From the NCBI RefSeq assembly GCF_002571385.2, contig NW_019218098.1:286137-350136 (forward strand): a stretch of 64,000 nt of DNA, given 5' to 3'. This stretch comes from Stylophora pistillata. Its lineage: Eukaryota. The notes beneath the pieces were generated by a model that was not told where the DNA came from, did no database searches, and worked only from the letters and a program-made list of their open reading frames with translations. Of this stretch, positions 50,501-63,800 are shown one piece after another (the first letter of the stretch is position 1; every line of letters starts with the position of its first letter). The translations under genes and the position numbers were made by a program.

Positions 50501-53500
50501 CTGTCTGTATTTCCAACAAAATTCTAGAACGAGAAGTCAAAATAAAGTTTTAAGAAACGAGAAGTTACTGCCACACGCGTTTTGTTTAATATCCGCCTTT
50601 ATCAGAATATTTACGCAATTTTTTTCGATAAGTTTTCATACAGTTTTCCTACATACAGTTTGTCGTTGCTTGATCAGCTTTTCCACCATCCCCTTGTAAT
50701 GATAACCAACCTAAACCTAATAGTGGATCAGTTTGCATTTCCATGTTAAAATGATTAAGGACAACTTTTGCTAGACAAAAATACGCCCCTAACCATATCT
50801 CTCAAGTTGGAGTACCCCAATTGGCTCATGACACCAAATTGGACTTTAATTAATCATGGGGGTCCCAGCCAGCTCACTCCTCTCCTCTGTCTAAAGATAG
50901 GAATTTTCTCAAATCATGTGTTAAATCATCCACTGTGATTTATATCATACCCACTTAAACTTTTTACCTCACCAACAACAGGCTTTGGGCTATATATGAA
51001 TAAAAAAAGTTTTGAGGGCTTATTCCTCCACGAATTGCAGCGTTTTTGCCTAATGTTGGTTGAATTTAGTATCCTAAAAATTGGTCGCTTCACGAACTGG
51101 TTTGCCTCCCACAAGAAATTTTTCAACAATATCCCCAGTTTATACGAATGAAAACTTAAAATGAAAGTTTCTTTGGACATTTTTCAAACCTTGGGCTCCT
51201 TTTGTCCACGCTCCTTATAAAATTGGAACTTTATTCCGTCGTTGCTGTAAGTCAGGTTGTAGTGGGTTACGTATTGCACATGATAATTGTTTCGTCCTTG
51301 TGTTGCAATCCTTGTTGTTTTAATGTATCGATTAATTAGATCTATCTGGAGCCACTGGTTCTCATCGTTTGTGCGGGCTACCCAACCCCCTGCGTAGTTC
51401 TGTGTTCCTTTAAGGTGAAGTCTACCATAATGAGCAGCTTCTTTGTTATTCCATTGAGAAGAGGCGCTCATTTGATTGTCGGAGATATCACCGCTTTCTA
51501 TTCCTTGAGCCTCCGCACACTCTAAGTGGTATAAATGCTTTGCATCAAAGAGAACTTGCATTGTTGCTTTTCAATAGCCAATCCACATCAAACAAGCACA
51601 TGCAGTAATACGGGTTTGGGTTGTCAAGTATACATACCGTCCACGGGTTTTTTTTTCAATTTTTTTTCCTTAGTATACATAAACTGCGATGTTTTACTAG
51701 GATTTTCGTACCAGAGAAAGTTGTAACTACACATGTATAGAATTACGATATTTTTTTGCGTGTGTTTGATGTCGCCAATCAGCTGCTGACAAGTTATTTG
51801 CCTTTCGCACCTCTCTGTCAGGTTAATGAAAGAATGGCAAAGCTTTCCTCATCAGAAAGGTCGAATTTTTCTATCAGTAAAGGCTTATGGTGTTAATATA
51901 ATAAGAACAAAAAAATGTTACACGACTGCTCGTAAATATGGAGTTTTCCTCTTCGAAAATTTGAAGAGAAATTCCATACGTGCGCTCACTTACATGAATT
52001 CTTTATTCTCTATACGTATAAAGTTCTGAATGCTGCAAACTATTTGATGTAGAATGATGATACAATCAGTTCATGAGAGGCAGAAGAGCCACAAGATCGA
52101 GGAATGAAACAGTTATGAAAAACAGAGATCTCAGGAGAGTTTTGAAATTATTTTACGAGGAAATGTATTTGATAACTTTGGTTTACTCCAAGAACAACTC
52201 CTCCTGAAAAATGTAGCATTCTCCAACAAGGCTACCATTTATTTCTTTTGGCAGATTTTGACATGGAAACATGGTCGTAATCTGCTGATAATCTAGGGAG
52301 AGAGAGGGGTCGAAATCCCTATTCAATAGAAGCAAACTCACCAGTGGTTCCGTAAACCTCAACTCTAAGGCAAATATTTCGTTTCCAAGTAACTGGTAGA
52401 AAACGAATGTATCTTGCATAGACGGGAACTTCTAGTGGATGTTGGCAAATTGTGTGGGATCCACCTTCCCTGTGAAATGTCTATAATACTATGAAAAAAT
52501 ATAACGAAGTCACAAGTTTTTGAAAATAAAATTTACTTAAAAGGAGGATTCAATAACGATGAAAAAGGAACAATTACGGAGTTGGTTATTCCCAAGTTGT
52601 CGCATAAACTGAGATGGAGAATATTGACGAACGCACCCTTTCGACCTGCTGACAAACAATAGCGTTTAATTATGTTACATTGGCGATATAGCTACTGGAA
52701 ATGGTGTCAACAATTGCAAATCTTAACATCATCAACTTGGGAATCACACTATCTAATGTGACTCTGTGCGATGGATAGCTGGCTCCTACTGTAACTAAGA
52801 ACAGAAATGTCGGTAAGTACTACCTTCAACGATTCTAGTCAGGACTTCTCTCACCCAGACGATCAAACTGTACAATCAAATCTCGTTCCTGAGCTCAAAC
52901 CGTTTACTAACAGAACATCATTAAATAATATATGTTCCGGGTTTAAAACTACATTTTGGCCCAAATCTTACCACTTCCGAGCCGTTAGCATCCCTATAAG
53001 TTGGCCACCCGTCCTCATAGGATTTAGAGTGCGCTAGTTTAAAGTCTATCACCCACTCGTTGCCATTGACGTCTCCCTGGGTTGCAACAGCGCACACTTC
53101 AATAACTTTCCCCAGATCGACTTGAAGCCACTGATCTTTCTCATCTTTTCCAGCGCACCATCCAGTACCTCTAGTATCATTCAGACGTCCATAAGCTGGT
53201 CTGTAACTGGAGCTGTTGTAATGACTTTTTGCCGTCATGAAGCTGTCAAGAATGATATTTGGATCGGAAACTCTAACAACATTACTGTAGCAGTTATCAA
53301 GGGTTTCTGCGTTCAAAAAATTGGAGTATTCAGTTAATCACAATATTCACTTACCTTATCGCTGTTTATTGTTCACTTATAATCTAAGATTGACAGGGTC
53401 ATTCCTTTTCACGTGATATGCCAAGGGAAAGAATCCACCAGCAAATGAAAATAAGGCTACAAAATCAAAAATGTAATCTTTTTCCGCACTGATGTTTCCT

Positions 53501-56500
53501 TCGATTTCCTTAAACCTGTTAGAAAAAGGTTTTCACAACGGAAAAAAAAGTTGCTTTCAACAAAGGTTTTGAAGTCATCTGCACACTAAATGAGTTTTAC
53601 TACTTTTTCTATGTCTAGTATTCCATCTATTAAATTATTTGTCCTTTTACTTCTTACAATACGACGATAGTTGTGATGCTTACGTAGATGCAAAGCAATA
53701 TTACTTTGCCTCATTTTCAGCTCGCAATTCCATGCTAAATAACTCGCTCCAATCAGAATGTGAGTTTTATTCAATGATGCCATTCTACCGTGTATAAGGG
53801 CTTTATCCACGCCTAAGTGGCAAACAATTGAAGGTGGGATAGTCTTCTAAACACGGTTTGCATTTTTCCGCACTCTTTCCAGTTACGAACATTGATATGG
53901 CTCTGACTAAAATAAAGCACTATAAATAAGAGCAATAATACAGGTGAGGCAAATAAGTCTGACATAATTACTTTCAATATGTGACTGGAGTTCTGTCCTT
54001 CCAATTGAGTCCCAAGTTTCATCAGTAGTTTTTCTTAGGAATGGCGCTATATCTTGAATAACCAAGAGGTTTTTTCCCTTTCTGACATTTTTGTTCTATT
54101 ATTATATTGATCTCACACAAAGAATCACAATACTTTGATTGGTTTCTATGTTAGACATAAAATGCCCCTTAAAAAAGCACAATCTGATTGGTGTCTTTTC
54201 CTTTTTCACAATTATCTCCCATGTAGGCACCTTGACACTCACAGATATAACTATTATCACGCTTTTCCACATTGTGCTGCTCGGCGAAATTTTCATCAGA
54301 CTGATGCTTTCTGAGTGTGTAGTATACAAAACCTAGAGTATCACTTTATTCGAAGTATGAAACGAAAGAATTCTCTACCCTGGATCGCACGAAGACTGCA
54401 GCTATAAAAGGCATGCTAGTATGACAGTTTGTTATTTGCTTCGATGAAATGTACAATGTTCTCCAACAGAACTGTTTTGTATTGTTTTGTTATGTTTTGT
54501 TTTTATGATTTGTATGTTGTACTAGTAAGCACCACCTTTCGCCCCTCCCCCTTAAGTCGCCACAATTAACACTGCTTTTCTAAGGTCTTTTTCTGTTTTT
54601 CTTTTCTTCAGCTGAGGTGACCAAGGTCTTATCTTATCAGTGCCGCAGCGCACTGACAAAACGAGCAGCATGTGGGATACGTGCAAAGTTAGCATTGGAA
54701 AACGCTGGCAGCATTTTCGAAAAAATGAAAAACAGAAGTGCCAAAATGAAACTAATCTTGATTTACCAATTTTACCATAAGAAGTGGTGAACAGTACTTT
54801 AATAAAATCATTTGTTTTAAAAAATAACGTCGCCTGCCTCCTTTCATAATGCTGCGACGAACTTCAAATAAAGCACGTATTGGACTGGTGCATTTAGCAT
54901 AATTGCGTGTATCTTATGACTACGCTGTCATCGAATGTTAGTCTTGCTGACACACTAAATTTAACAACTTACATATACCACAAAATTGTGGGAGAAGGAA
55001 TCTGAATAATGTATAATTATTTCGCTTGAACAAGATATAGTAGACGAACATTTCTCGCCGTAAGAAAACTCGCCAAGGCAATACATCGCTGGAACGATAT
55101 ATCACAATGGGTCATTCCTGATTCAGCGATAAATCGCTGGAGCGATATTTCACTGAAGCAATATATCGTGATAATGTCCCCCACACACTACGAATATCTT
55201 TGTGGCGACTTGTCGTCGAATCGAGATATCGCAGGAAAGCTCCGATATCTCGTCCATTTGTCGTTCTAAGTTGTCACAAAATGAACGATATATCTCTGGT
55301 ATAACGCAAGAAGAAAGCGCGCCATCGTTTGCATTACTTTTGCACAGTACTGCTGTATTACATACAAAAACAGTGGATAGGGTCGAAGGCAGGCTCTGAA
55401 TGCTATTCAGAATGAAAATATTATTCTCACTGCAGGTCTAAATGAATTATGATCACCATTTTGTGCAGTATTACAGCTGTATCTCACTGTTTGGTGTGTA
55501 CTAAAACAAGGATTCACTTCAGTATCGCTGGCTAGTGGTGGACAGTTTGAATTGCGAGTAAATATCCATTACCAGCCACCTCCATTTCGGTATATAACTA
55601 TTAAATATTACTTGGATCCGTTCCCTGAAATCTGTGCCAAAGTTCAACGACTCCATATTCCTCAACAGAAAAGCTCATAAACTGTCAAAGGCGTTTTCAA
55701 AATCGAGAATAGCGGTTATATCCTCGATAATCTGTTTAGCAGTAAAGCTTGTGTATCCATCATTTTACTAACATTTTCTGCGATAAATCCACCTTCAATG
55801 TAACCAGCTTGTGCGTCGCTAATAGAATGGGGGATCACCTTCATTCTCGAAACTAGCGCTCGTGTTGTTATCTTGTAGTTTACACTAGGTAAAGATAAAG
55901 GACTTTAATTTTCAAGTGAGGCAGATCTTTGTCTTTCTTATGACTCATTAGAACGATACGTTGCCTTTGTGAGTTTTGAAAGATTGCCTTTTATGAACTT
56001 GTAACTGAAAGTTTCTTCCTTTGCCTTATTAAAATCTTCCTAGAGGCACTAAGGACCTCAGGACCTAAGGACTTGTTTTTTAAAACAATTTTCAGGCCAC
56101 TGGACATTAAATTATCTTTAATATTCCTACACACTTTGTTTAAATTTTTCTTCGATGTTTAATTTCACGATACATCGCTGAAGAAAAAGTAGTTGAATTC
56201 TTAGAAGATTCACCAAAAAGTTTTGTGAGCCAAACAGAGTTTGTTTCCGTTGTATCTTTAATGGGCTTCTATTGTACTACCGTCGTTTATTTCGAGTTTC
56301 TCAGTTTTTAACTAATTCTGATAATTGTTTCTTCTAAGTTTAGAAAATACTTAGGAATTCAATCACCTCGTCCAAACCACTCTGTTTTAGACCTTAGCAT
56401 GCAGTTCGCCTACGCTGGATGAGATGCTTTTTATTTCTCCCGGCCAAGTAAGAATTTTTCATGTTCCTCGAGGATGTCTATGGATTTTTCAGTTCTCTGA

Positions 56501-57051
56501 AAAGTTAAGTGTTAAGTTCTTTTCTTCACTGATTGCTAAGCGGCATCTTTTTCAGCAACGTCTTGGTATTGCTTTATAAAGCCTGAAAACCTTGCAAACA
56601 TTTGTTGGACCATTGTTCCGTTAAAACACAATATTAAACGGAAAATGCTCGCGATATAAGTTTGTAATACCATAAAACTTCCCTTGGAAAAAGGCGATAG
56701 ACAACAAACAAAATAAATGCATTTACATGGGCTTTACCAACGTGAGTTACCCAAATTATGCCGCGTTTATATATTTCAAATTTCTTAATCTCGATAAAAC
56801 CCTGTGAATTGACTTCTCCATTTTAATATTAAAATGTCCTTTAGTACAAAATTATGCGAGAAAAACATACCTCCACTCGCCAAGCCTTTGCTAGTTAGCA
56901 CTATTAAGATTTGAACCTATAAAAGGAGGAGTTCTTTATATTGAAAGTGAATAAAAACGTTTATCACTTCAGTGTACCAGTCTAAAAAGAAGACTTATTC
57001 AAGGGTCAGCCAGCTCACCTTTAGTAAAATTAAGGGCCTTTGAACATTCAT
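37114..57051 (-). CDS. Gene C: polycystin-1-like paralogue of gene B with the same 23-exon architecture; reading frames open except for a TE-disrupted EGF exon and one non-canonical acceptor (possibly a pseudogene)
   Basis: Exons: 57051-57019, 56916-56871, 53306-52972, 52480-52342, 51521-51190, 50523-50385, 49912-49599, 49274-49136, 48537-48415, 47895-47779, 47335-46950 (interrupted), 46842-46714, 46470-45771, 45675-45102, 44826-44611, 44454-44293, 43878-43684, 43476-43255, 42834-42127, 41874-41638, 41134-39812, 39286-39118 (acceptor CG), 38570-37114. Signal peptide MNVQRPLILLKVQILIVLTSKGLAS; GPS CLCNHL/TSF. Confidence 0.87.
41266..41586 (+). mobile_element. tRNA-derived SINE, 5'-truncated (tail variant 3, (TATC)n end)
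   Basis: B-box remnant GAGTTCAATACC, shared core ccggaccaacactcagggtcttaa...ctggggtggg, unique tail ending in (tatc)n. Confidence 0.82.
47122..47155 (-). ncRNA. Minimal type I hammerhead ribozyme motif (sense to gene C)
   Basis: Full 34-nt motif on the minus strand. Confidence 0.75.
47161..47194 (+). ncRNA. Minimal type I hammerhead ribozyme motif (divergent partner)
   Basis: Full 34-nt motif, 5 nt from the minus-strand copy. Confidence 0.75.
47342..47660. mobile_element. MITE-like insertion between the acceptor and pyrimidine tract of gene C exon 11
   Basis: Internal gtaacacgagtgcaaa repeats; absent from the equivalent gene B intron, whose gaaaaaatgaaa tract is matched in C only after 47660. 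Confidence 0.55.
49136..53306 (-). CDS. Gene C three discoidin (F5/8 type C) domains over six exons
   Basis: WLQVDL/WLQIDL, V/IATQG and RY/FIRFxP..RVE motifs; all six exons open. Confidence 0.9.
55615..56640 (-). mobile_element. Degraded Tx1/L1-clade LINE ORF2 fragment in gene C intron 2
   Basis: Frameshifted remnants MLRSKTEW...KYFLNLE, KNKSLGPE, KKDKD...PLSLPSVNYKI, QAGYIEGGFIAENV, LDFENAFDSL..NFG, in the order expected for L1/Tx1 RT. Confidence 0.78.
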
Positions 57052-60000
57052 CTTGTCACTTCGTCAACCCAAACCGAGCCGAAGCATTTTTGTTACTTGG
57101 GCATTGTTTACCTAATCCCACCGTGGTTAGATTTCATTGAAGGAAAACCAACATTAATTTTTTATCAGTTTCGCATTGGCCATGAAACCGCACATTCTAG
57201 AAGTACTAAGCAATCGACGAAGGGAAATGAAGCAAGTTTCCTATCAACTGCAGCGATGCTTTTTGCACATGGATATTTCAGTCTTCGTTCAAAGGATGTG
57301 TTGTTACGTACAAAGGAATGAAAAAGTATAATGTATTTGGTTGGAATATGGGCGATTGGAAAATACAAAGTATTTAGATTGAAGGTAGCAGGAAATTTAA
57401 TTGTTTTCTTTTGACTTAATTGGTGTTATCAAACAAATCACCTCCTTAAATCGTCTCTTTCTTTACCTCTTCATGGAGTTTTGATTTTTGTATTCATTAA
57501 AATAGCCTGTTTCAGGCCATTGGTCATGGAAAACAAGTGAAATAGCAGGCGAGCGACTCTTAGCGACTTCCCTAAAAAACACACTTTCGTACATTCACTT
57601 TTTGATTGTCTCTATTGACAGGATGTTAATGAATATGATCGCACATATCAGAGTACTTAAGTATCCTTAGGCTTTCCATCGGTTCCACAAGCTTTTCCAT
57701 ATTTATCTCTGAGTTTCGACGGATTTTTTCTTGGAACCGTAAAATTAAGTATTAAAATAGTCCACAGCTGGCATACATATTGTATTGTGTTAGTGTACGA
57801 GTTTGTAAATGTGAACGATAACCTACAATTGTGATGTTATTGTGCTAAAAAACCAAGGCTAAAAACGTGATCTCTACAATGGTTATTAAATTATTAATAA
57901 CAAGGCACGGTCAGTTTGGATATTCTGACAAAAATGAAAGCAGGGGTTCATTAAGACAGTTTTCAATCGACACAGTTTCCCACAAACAATTTATTCGTTA
58001 TGACTAAAACGACCTCATGTATCAAAACAGGACTTCCTTAGAAAAAGAATATTTAATTTTGATCCAAAATCTGACTTTGTGTATCCATGAATCTAAATTC
58101 CCGCAAAGCTTGATTGAGTCTTTAACAAATTGACATGTTGGTGGTTATTGAAATGGACTGGATGAGAAGATGCAAATAACCCAATACACACTTTTTTGTA
58201 CCCTATCCTTCGATACCGCTCAATATCGCTAAAAAAATCGTTCCAACGTTGGTTTCTAAATCTTCCCAAGGGTATCAATGGACGAATCTTCTTTTAAGCG
58301 CTCGATGAAGGAGAGCGCTTACTAAGTGTGTCATTTACGAGGCCCTTCTTAAAGTTTCTCTGAGCTTATTAACTCCTAGTACATTCGATTACACGCCAGT
58401 GTCACAATATCTTTGACACGCGCGTTGATCGATTTCACGGATTGTCCCCATCTCTTGTTATGTTTAGTTGCCCTGCTGGCTCCTCGTTTGAAGTTTTGGA
58501 CTTTTAAAGTGCCGTGTTTTCAAAATGAAAGAAAAAAAATAGAAAAAAGTAGATTATGTAAGAAGAAATCACAGGGTGAAATACTTTTTGTAAATGAATG
58601 GCCACACCAGACAATTAGAATTGCCGAAAATTACTTGGTTACAACAGATGTGAAAACACCAAAAGCTTTGTAAGGATAGTTAATTAAGAAAGAGGAAAGC
58701 CAAAGATGCGTTGCTATTCAAAGCTATACCATAACTTGCAAGTCGTAAGTGGACCAAGGAGTGATTCAAACGGCGGCGGGTAAATGTGAAAAAATCCGTG
58801 CAAATCCCAGCTTGGGAGTTGCAATAATCGTATGCTATTTTTTAACCAAGGACAGGCTGGTGAAGCCTATCAGAGGTCCTATAAGATGGCATCGGAGTAA
58901 ATCGATTCTAGAAGACCTTCATCTCGAATATGCAATTGTGAGGATTTTAAAGAAGGCAAATGAAACTGCTGACGACAGGCACTGGAAAAAAAAAGTCGAG
59001 AAAATACGAAAATACCGACTGCGTTTGAACGATGTCTTAAGAAATCTGAACTTGTAGCCAGACTGCTAAACGGAAGTGGGACGGAAGGCTACTGCCGAAC
59101 AAATTTTATCTTTATCCATACAATGCCGATGAAGCGTAAACTAGTTATATTTTAATTATTTAAGGAGATACACTTAAACAATATCGTCAAAGGAAAATAT
59201 GAATAAGTTACGTATATCATGGAGTTGATTTGGGTTAGGTACTCACAAACCTTGCACTAGAGGTATCTTTATTTCTCTTCTTACAAAACAGCACAAGCGA
59301 AACTAAACCATTATCAGTACCTTACGAGAAAAACTCTCCATTCAGGGATCACCTCAGGATAGTCTATATGAGTATCAGCTAGAGGGATTTGCCATTGAAT
59401 AAAGTATTTCCATAAAGTCATTTTCCTCCTTAAAATGATCAGCTTCTATGTTTTCTGCTCGTCGATAAAGAACAAGTAGTTTCTTCTCCACTTTTTGCAT
59501 TCGTTCCTCTGTACACTGTATTATACTTTTAGAATTCAAACAGAAAGGCTCTGCTTCAGAAAGACACATGTTGGCGAACGTTGCCTCATCGCAAAACAAC
59601 TTTAACTCAGTCCGATTACTTCCATCATGGAACATTTCCTTCATTCGCTCTTCAATGAAATGTGCCATTTCAAGCTCTTGTGTATTTTCCTCGGGGTTCA
59701 TTTCGGCGTCAGCGTATGACTCATATAGTACAGAAACAAACATATTCATCAGAAATACTGTCGTAGATAGACAAAACAAAAATGCAAACGAGGGACCAAT
59801 AAAGGGTTTGTCGCTTCGAAGAGCTTGTTGTAATGTGACCGCTTTTCCTAACAAGAATACGAATTGTGACATGACAGCCCTGAGCTAACTAGAATACTCA
59901 AGGACTATACCACCAAATAACTGCATGCCTGTAACGATAAATGCATTAAACACGATCAGAAAGAACACGTACGAGAGTTGATAACCTATAGATTGCCGAA

Positions 60001-60454
60001 AATATGAAAACAAGTATAGTACGTTTGGATTAAAACGAATTAAATTTAGACGCTTGACTGTCACCATAAAAACAGCTACAGCAATAGACGCATTTTCTAC
60101 ATTGAGCCAATCCAAGGCTTTGTGAAAATGCACTATTTCGTAAGGATTGGCTTTAATGTCTTTGCTGGTGTTTAAAACGCTATTAGCTCTAATCATGTAA
60201 AATGCTACAGAGGCTACAGAGAAAATGATCATGAAGAATTCAACCACGTTCCAAACAGACTTAAAAAACCCTAAGCGTTGTCGATAAAGGTGAACTAACA
60301 TGACTATGAAGTAAAAGAGAACCATTTCCATGAACAGAAACTGGCCGACGAGGAAAAACACCAGAGCTCCCGACTCAGTGCTGTACAACTCGAGTGTCTC
60401 GATTCTTCTTGATGTGTACGCTGCACCAGTAGCTATGGCCTCGTAAAGGTACAG

Positions 60455-60815
60455 AATAATTTGGATATATCTACGAAGTTGAAATGGTAAATTGGCCACC
60501 GTAACGATTACAAAAGCTGACGTTTCGAGCGTTAGCCCTTCGTCGGAGCGAATAGAGGAGTTGTGGTTGTGTGCTTTTAAAGGCAGAAAATGGAGCTACG
60601 TTATTGGTGGGAACATGGCAACGAGAAAAACACGAATAAATTAGTGGAATGAAAAGCGTTCGTTGATCCCTGTGGGATTTAGACTGCCGGTCTGAAAGAT
60701 GAGCTTTTGTTCAAGAGCTTTACGGCTTTCCGTGCTACCTAAGTGCGAGGAAAGACCGCAGATTACCATATGTTGCTTAGAATGATTAGGTAATTATAAA
60801 TTAAAATGTCTAGGG
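60455..60815 (-). mobile_element. Penelope-like element 3' fragment: GIY-YIG endonuclease C-terminus, 3' UTR and hammerhead
   Basis: RHFNL..PNHSKQHMVICGL....ESRKALEQKLIFQTGSLNPTGINERFSFH* (stop at 60643-60641), typical of PLE endonuclease C-termini, followed by the shared element end. Confidence 0.88.
60516..60549 (-). ncRNA. Minimal type I hammerhead ribozyme motif (Penelope-like)
   Basis: Full 34-nt motif about 90 nt downstream of the endonuclease stop codon, same strand. Confidence 0.75.
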
Positions 60816-63800
60816 ACAAGCCAGTCGTTTCCATGCCATCGTGAACAAAGACTGAACTTAAAACTTTACTGAGTTGCGCCAACTCTTACATGTTGTTTTC
60901 TTTCATAGGTCACTTGTTAATTTTTCCAACATGCGTTTTCAAATAGTACGAATGCTTGAGTTTCATAATGTTAATGTAATGCAAAGGACTTTGACCAATG
61001 TAGTTCGCTGTTAAACGTCAACGAGTTTAAAATTTTGCAATTTTAGCAGTTTTGTAAAAGGGTTGCCTTGAAAAAAAGGCTTTTGGACAGGAAAAAATTA
61101 ATTACAATCACCAATAAAAAGGCATGGTTTCGGAAAAAGAGAGATCTTAGCAGATTAAATTTGTTAAATGGATTTATTATCTCAGTTGTCATCAGAAAAC
61201 GATCTCCATTCTTGTTTCCATACGATGAGATGGCCAGAAGAAAAACGAATATTAAATGAAGAATAATGCCTCTCGTCATGTTTGTTAAGTGAGCTTCATT
61301 TTTCGATCTCTCCCTCATCTTCTCTTGCTGATATCGCTTATGGCGCTGTTTGAGATCCTCATCCAAAAAATCTATTTCAACTGCAAATGGATTGATGTCA
61401 ATCATTTTATTTTATTCAAATTTGCTTTTGCTCCCTTTGGTCAAGAGGAAAGACATAATGATTACTAGCATCATAACCTTCATAGGTTGTACAACGAAAA
61501 TATCTTGTGTAATGGAAATTAAAATAGAAGCAAGCCACTGCTCAGAGGTTTCCTTTCCCCACATTAAACTGTAAAACAGCGTAAAAGTTGCCGCTGTCAT
61601 GGTCGCACTGACGCAAAGAAACCAGCCTATATATACAAAGAAATGAGGAAGCACAGCCGGTATTTGTTATCTCATCCAAAAGCCTTTGGGCCTCGTCTGT
61701 TACTTGGCATTTTTCGCTCCCTTTCTTTCTTGGTCTGCTAGACTTAAACAAGAAGACAATAATGATGTTTATAGGTGCCGCTTTGTACTCCGATGAATAT
61801 CTGTCTCCAAGAGAACTTAAATGGCCCGACCTGTATAGCACCGTTGGATTCACCACCAATGTTATAGAACATGGCATTAGCTATTATTGCACTAAAGAGA
61901 ACTAAAAGGCATCATGAGGCTCTTTGCACACGTGTGAAGGTACTACTACACTCTTTTCCAAACACTGACATCCACAAGTGACTGTCGACAGTTTTTCGCG
62001 CAAAGCGTGAACGAATCTGATCAGAGAAGGCTGTAGGTATTTTGCTGTCCACAGTAACCTTTATCTGTCCGTCATCTTTTTCTAATGCAAGTTATCTATT
62101 TAAGGGGAACACCCACCTTTCCTCTGTCTGTCAATCTTTGACCATTACCTCCTACACAAACCAAAACGGATTTTTTCCAAAATTATCGTGCTCCAAAGTA
62201 ATCTCTTTTAATGTACTAAATGATTCTGCCATTACGAGAACAAAGCCATTGATACTCCCTCGTCCAAACAACTTACTCGTGTCCATTTTCTCTCCCAATA
62301 GAATTTGTCTCTGCTCATTATTTTCGCCCTTGATGCTAATGCTTATGCTGGCGGTTGTTGCAGAATGTTTCCAAACGCCGGTGCTTATAACCATATCGTA
62401 GCAATACGCTCCTTCCTCATCAAGTGGTATCACTTGAGGAGAACAAATCTGAAAACAATAATACATCCGATTCTGCGGTGAGAGCAATGCAAAATACTTG
62501 TCTGAGGGTTTAAGAGGTTGTCAATTCTCAGGTGGAATAGCAATCTCAAAATGAAAACATGCGAAATATGAAAGAAATCCTTTGGAAGCAATAAAAATCA
62601 TAAACGTACCTTGTCTTCATCTCGCTTGTCAGCCCTCCTTGCAAAACTCAAGATAACGAGGTACATAAGGAAACAGCAGGCAAATGTGTTATGATGTAAT
62701 GTAGAAAATGTAGAAAAAGCAACGTAAAAATTTACCACCTGAACCAGAGATATCCAAATTCCTGTCTTGTATCATGTGGACATACAATCTGACTGATGGT
62801 CTGATGCATAAAACGCATAGTCGCACAGCTTTATTTTCCGCGTGGTAAGACAGGTGTTATTTAACAGTACGTACCCGAACAGATCACACCATCTCCTGAC
62901 TAGCCATAGAGGCAAGTGCAGTTAAATGAGCCAAAAGTATTGTTACACTGAGCATTAACGTTGCAGTTGTGATTCTGGTCCTAACATTTGTCTTCATCTG
63001 AGAAAATTAGAATTCAAGGCCATGAATTCTGACAACAAGCTCGTGCAGATTTAAATTCTGTTATCGAAATTTGATTCACACTAAAATGTTTGCATGAAAT
63101 ATTTAAGTGACGAAATAGAAATAGCAGCTAAGCTTAACCATTACAGATGCCTTTGTATACTTGCAGATATGCGCGGAGCTTTATAAGGAATTAATGGATA
63201 AATCATCAGTAACAGGTTCGTGGGAAAACTAACCCACCAGTTCGAATACACTGAACACATACAAGTAGAAGTAAATGCCATCGGAAGCTTTCCTTATTAT
63301 AACTAATTCTTCATAGTTACCTAGGCCAAAATATTTTACTCTATCAATTTGCTCTGCTGTATGTATATATGATTTAAATGTGAATAGGTACCATAGGTTT
63401 CTACTTTGATTCGGAATTGTTTGTTCACCTTGGATCTCGGTCCGGTTATTTTGCATTTGTTGCACGGAAGCTTTGTGTACATGAACAAAATCCTTTATTC
63501 TTAATATATAACTTTCTGAGGAACATCCTTTTTTCCTTCTTTCAAAAGCACATCATTAAACATTGATTGTTAATGCTTAAAAGAAAACTTACCTGAGTGT
63601 CACCTGCGGGCTTCTCCAGCAGCTATCACAAACGGTATTTCAGTGAAAGAACTTCTCACATTCTTAGACACATTTAGCCGTAGGAAGTAAATCTGATCAA
63701 TTTCAAGTTTACTTGGATCAATAGAATCGTGAGTGGAGTTATAAGTTTCTCTTGCCGTGAAACGAACCGAAATGAGTGTTGTCAGTGTAAGAGTCAGTGC

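Noticed and set aside
58413-59057. ORFs between genes C and D
   Set aside because: No recognisable motifs; possibly a decayed retroelement but not supportable by eye.
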